From positions 1 to 49,947 of the forward strand of contig NW_021834455.1 in NCBI RefSeq assembly GCF_006345805.1: 49,947 nt of DNA. Reading direction: 5' to 3'. Positions 48,580 to 49,947 of this stretch are shown piece after piece. Origin of the DNA: Octopus sinensis (taxonomy: Eukaryota). The notes below the pieces were generated by a model. That model was given only the letters and a program-made list of their open reading frames with translations, had not been told where the DNA came from and made no database searches. Both the position numbers and the translations under genes were made by a program. The stretch's first letter is position 1. Every line of letters starts with the position of its first letter.

Positions 48580-48808
48580 TATTTCTTTACTACCCACAGG
48601 GGGCTAAACACAGAGGGCCAAACACGGACAGACAAACGGATTAAGTCGATTATATCGACCCCAATGTGTAACTGGTACTTAATTTATCGACCCCGAAAGG
48701 ATGAAAGACAAAGTCGACCTCGGCGGAATTTGAACTCAGAACGTAACGACAGACGAAATACGGCAACGCATTTCGCCCGGCGTGCTAACCACTCTGCCAG
48801 CTCGCCGC
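48580..48808 (-). mobile_element. SINE-A monomer (head + one unit, tail A2)
   Basis: Complete head; ends GTAGTAAAGAAATA; lies within an ACAGGTGTATA-type minisatellite. Confidence 0.9.
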
Positions 48809-48942
48809 ATTTTTGGTGTTTATGTAACATGTATAAAACAGGTGTATACAAAAGAAGGTCGAAATAACAGTGTTGCATATATAGACACAACATGCAAGGG
48901 ATTTTCTGTTTCTTCCCTGGAAGCGGAGATAATTTTGATATA

Positions 48943-49385
48943 CAGTAATCCCTCGGCTATCGCGGATGTTACGTTCCAAAACCCCCAGCGATCGGTGAAA
49001 ATCCGCGAAGTAGAAACAGTATTGTACTGTATTTTTTTTTATAATTTTTATAATTTATGTTTATTTCTTTTATTGTATATGCAAAACAACCCCCCACACG
49101 CGCCTCCCGGAATTCGTTTTCCATACAGTAAGTGCGAATTCTTTGTTTACACATCTACGGTACACCACGTATTTTCTTTTAAAATATTTCAATTAATGTA
49201 TTATACAGTACTGTACTGTGATTGTATTTATTAATTTATTAATTTTTAGGCGTAAAAAGGCTTATTTTACCACAGAAATAATTAAAATCTAACAAAATAT
49301 AAATATCTATCGGCCGCAGAAACCCGCGATATACTGAGGAGTCCGCGATATACTGAGGGCGCGACAGGTGAACCGCGATATGGCG
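48943..49385. mobile_element. Tigger/pogo-like MITE with damaged right end
   Basis: TA|CAGTAATCCCTCGGCTATCGCGG left end; right side has CCGCGATAT subterminal repeats but no terminal AGGGATTACTG. Confidence 0.7.
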
Positions 49386-49445
49386 GTTCACCTTTTTTTG
49401 GCGTTTGACCACATGCAACACGTTATTTTGAATAATTGCTATCAG

Positions 49446-49476
49446 CAAAATTCATAGATAGTTTGTGTATATATAT

Positions 49477-49542
<66 letters not shown>

Positions 49543-49574
49543 TATATATAATACATACATATATATATTATATA

Positions 49575-49644
<70 letters not shown>

Positions 49645-49690
49645 ATACAACATAATAATATATATATATATATATATATAATATATTATG
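49446..49690. repeat. (TA)n-rich tract
   Basis: Seen directly. Confidence 0.95.
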
Positions 49691-49770
49691 CTATATCATA
49701 AAATATATGATATTGATATATATTCGCGAATCCTATGAGCGGTTTTTACTTTCTCCCCTTTTCGGTTTTT

Positions 49771-49895
49771 TCCCTTTACTTAACGGTCATTCTCACAGCT
49801 CCTTTGTTTGTGTCTTAACAACGGTCAACTTCATAGTAATTTCCCTTCGTTTAACGGTCATTTTCATAGCATCTTTGTTTGTGTCTTAATAACTA
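49771..49895. repeat. 71-bp-period tandem dimer
   Basis: TTAACGGTCATT..CTTTGTTTGTGTCTTAA at 49780 and 49851. Confidence 0.85.
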
Positions 49896-49947
49896 CGAAA
49901 TGCCAGAGTTTTTATTATGACAACCGATAATTGTCACATATTATTTT

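Noticed and set aside
49366-49399. Bacterial terminator indicating contamination or horizontal transfer
   Set aside because: No bacterial-type ORF upstream; the hairpin derives from the MITE end.

Overview
AT-rich eukaryotic, repeat-dominated DNA. The SINE and transposon families look like those of an octopod cephalopod (probably Octopus); this is my recognition, not a database result. No complete protein-coding gene, true tRNA/rRNA gene or CRISPR array is supported. Most ORFs in the supplied track are translations of microsatellites or repeats. The window contains about 30 tRNA-derived SINE copies in five modular types (working labels A-E), decayed Tc1/mariner elements of several lineages (irritans-like, cecropia/Hsmar1-like, mellifera-like, DD37D/maT, Tigger-like), a hAT MITE with 8-bp TSD, a Helitron, a Helentron-like element, CR1 and possible RTE LINE remnants, and Penelope-like short elements. 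A few isolated exon-like segments suggest the window may be mostly intron of an unidentified minus-strand gene. Best leads: (1) SINE-A concatemers with one invariant junction; (2) a CR1 3' UTR matching the SINE-B tail; (3) hammerhead-ribozyme-like motifs in Penelope-like remnants; (4) fold-back palindromes centred on (TA)n; (5) a 1.5-1.7 kb tandem duplication with a chimeric SINE at its junction. Coordinates were counted by hand. Ends of decayed elements are approximate (about +/-10-20 bp).
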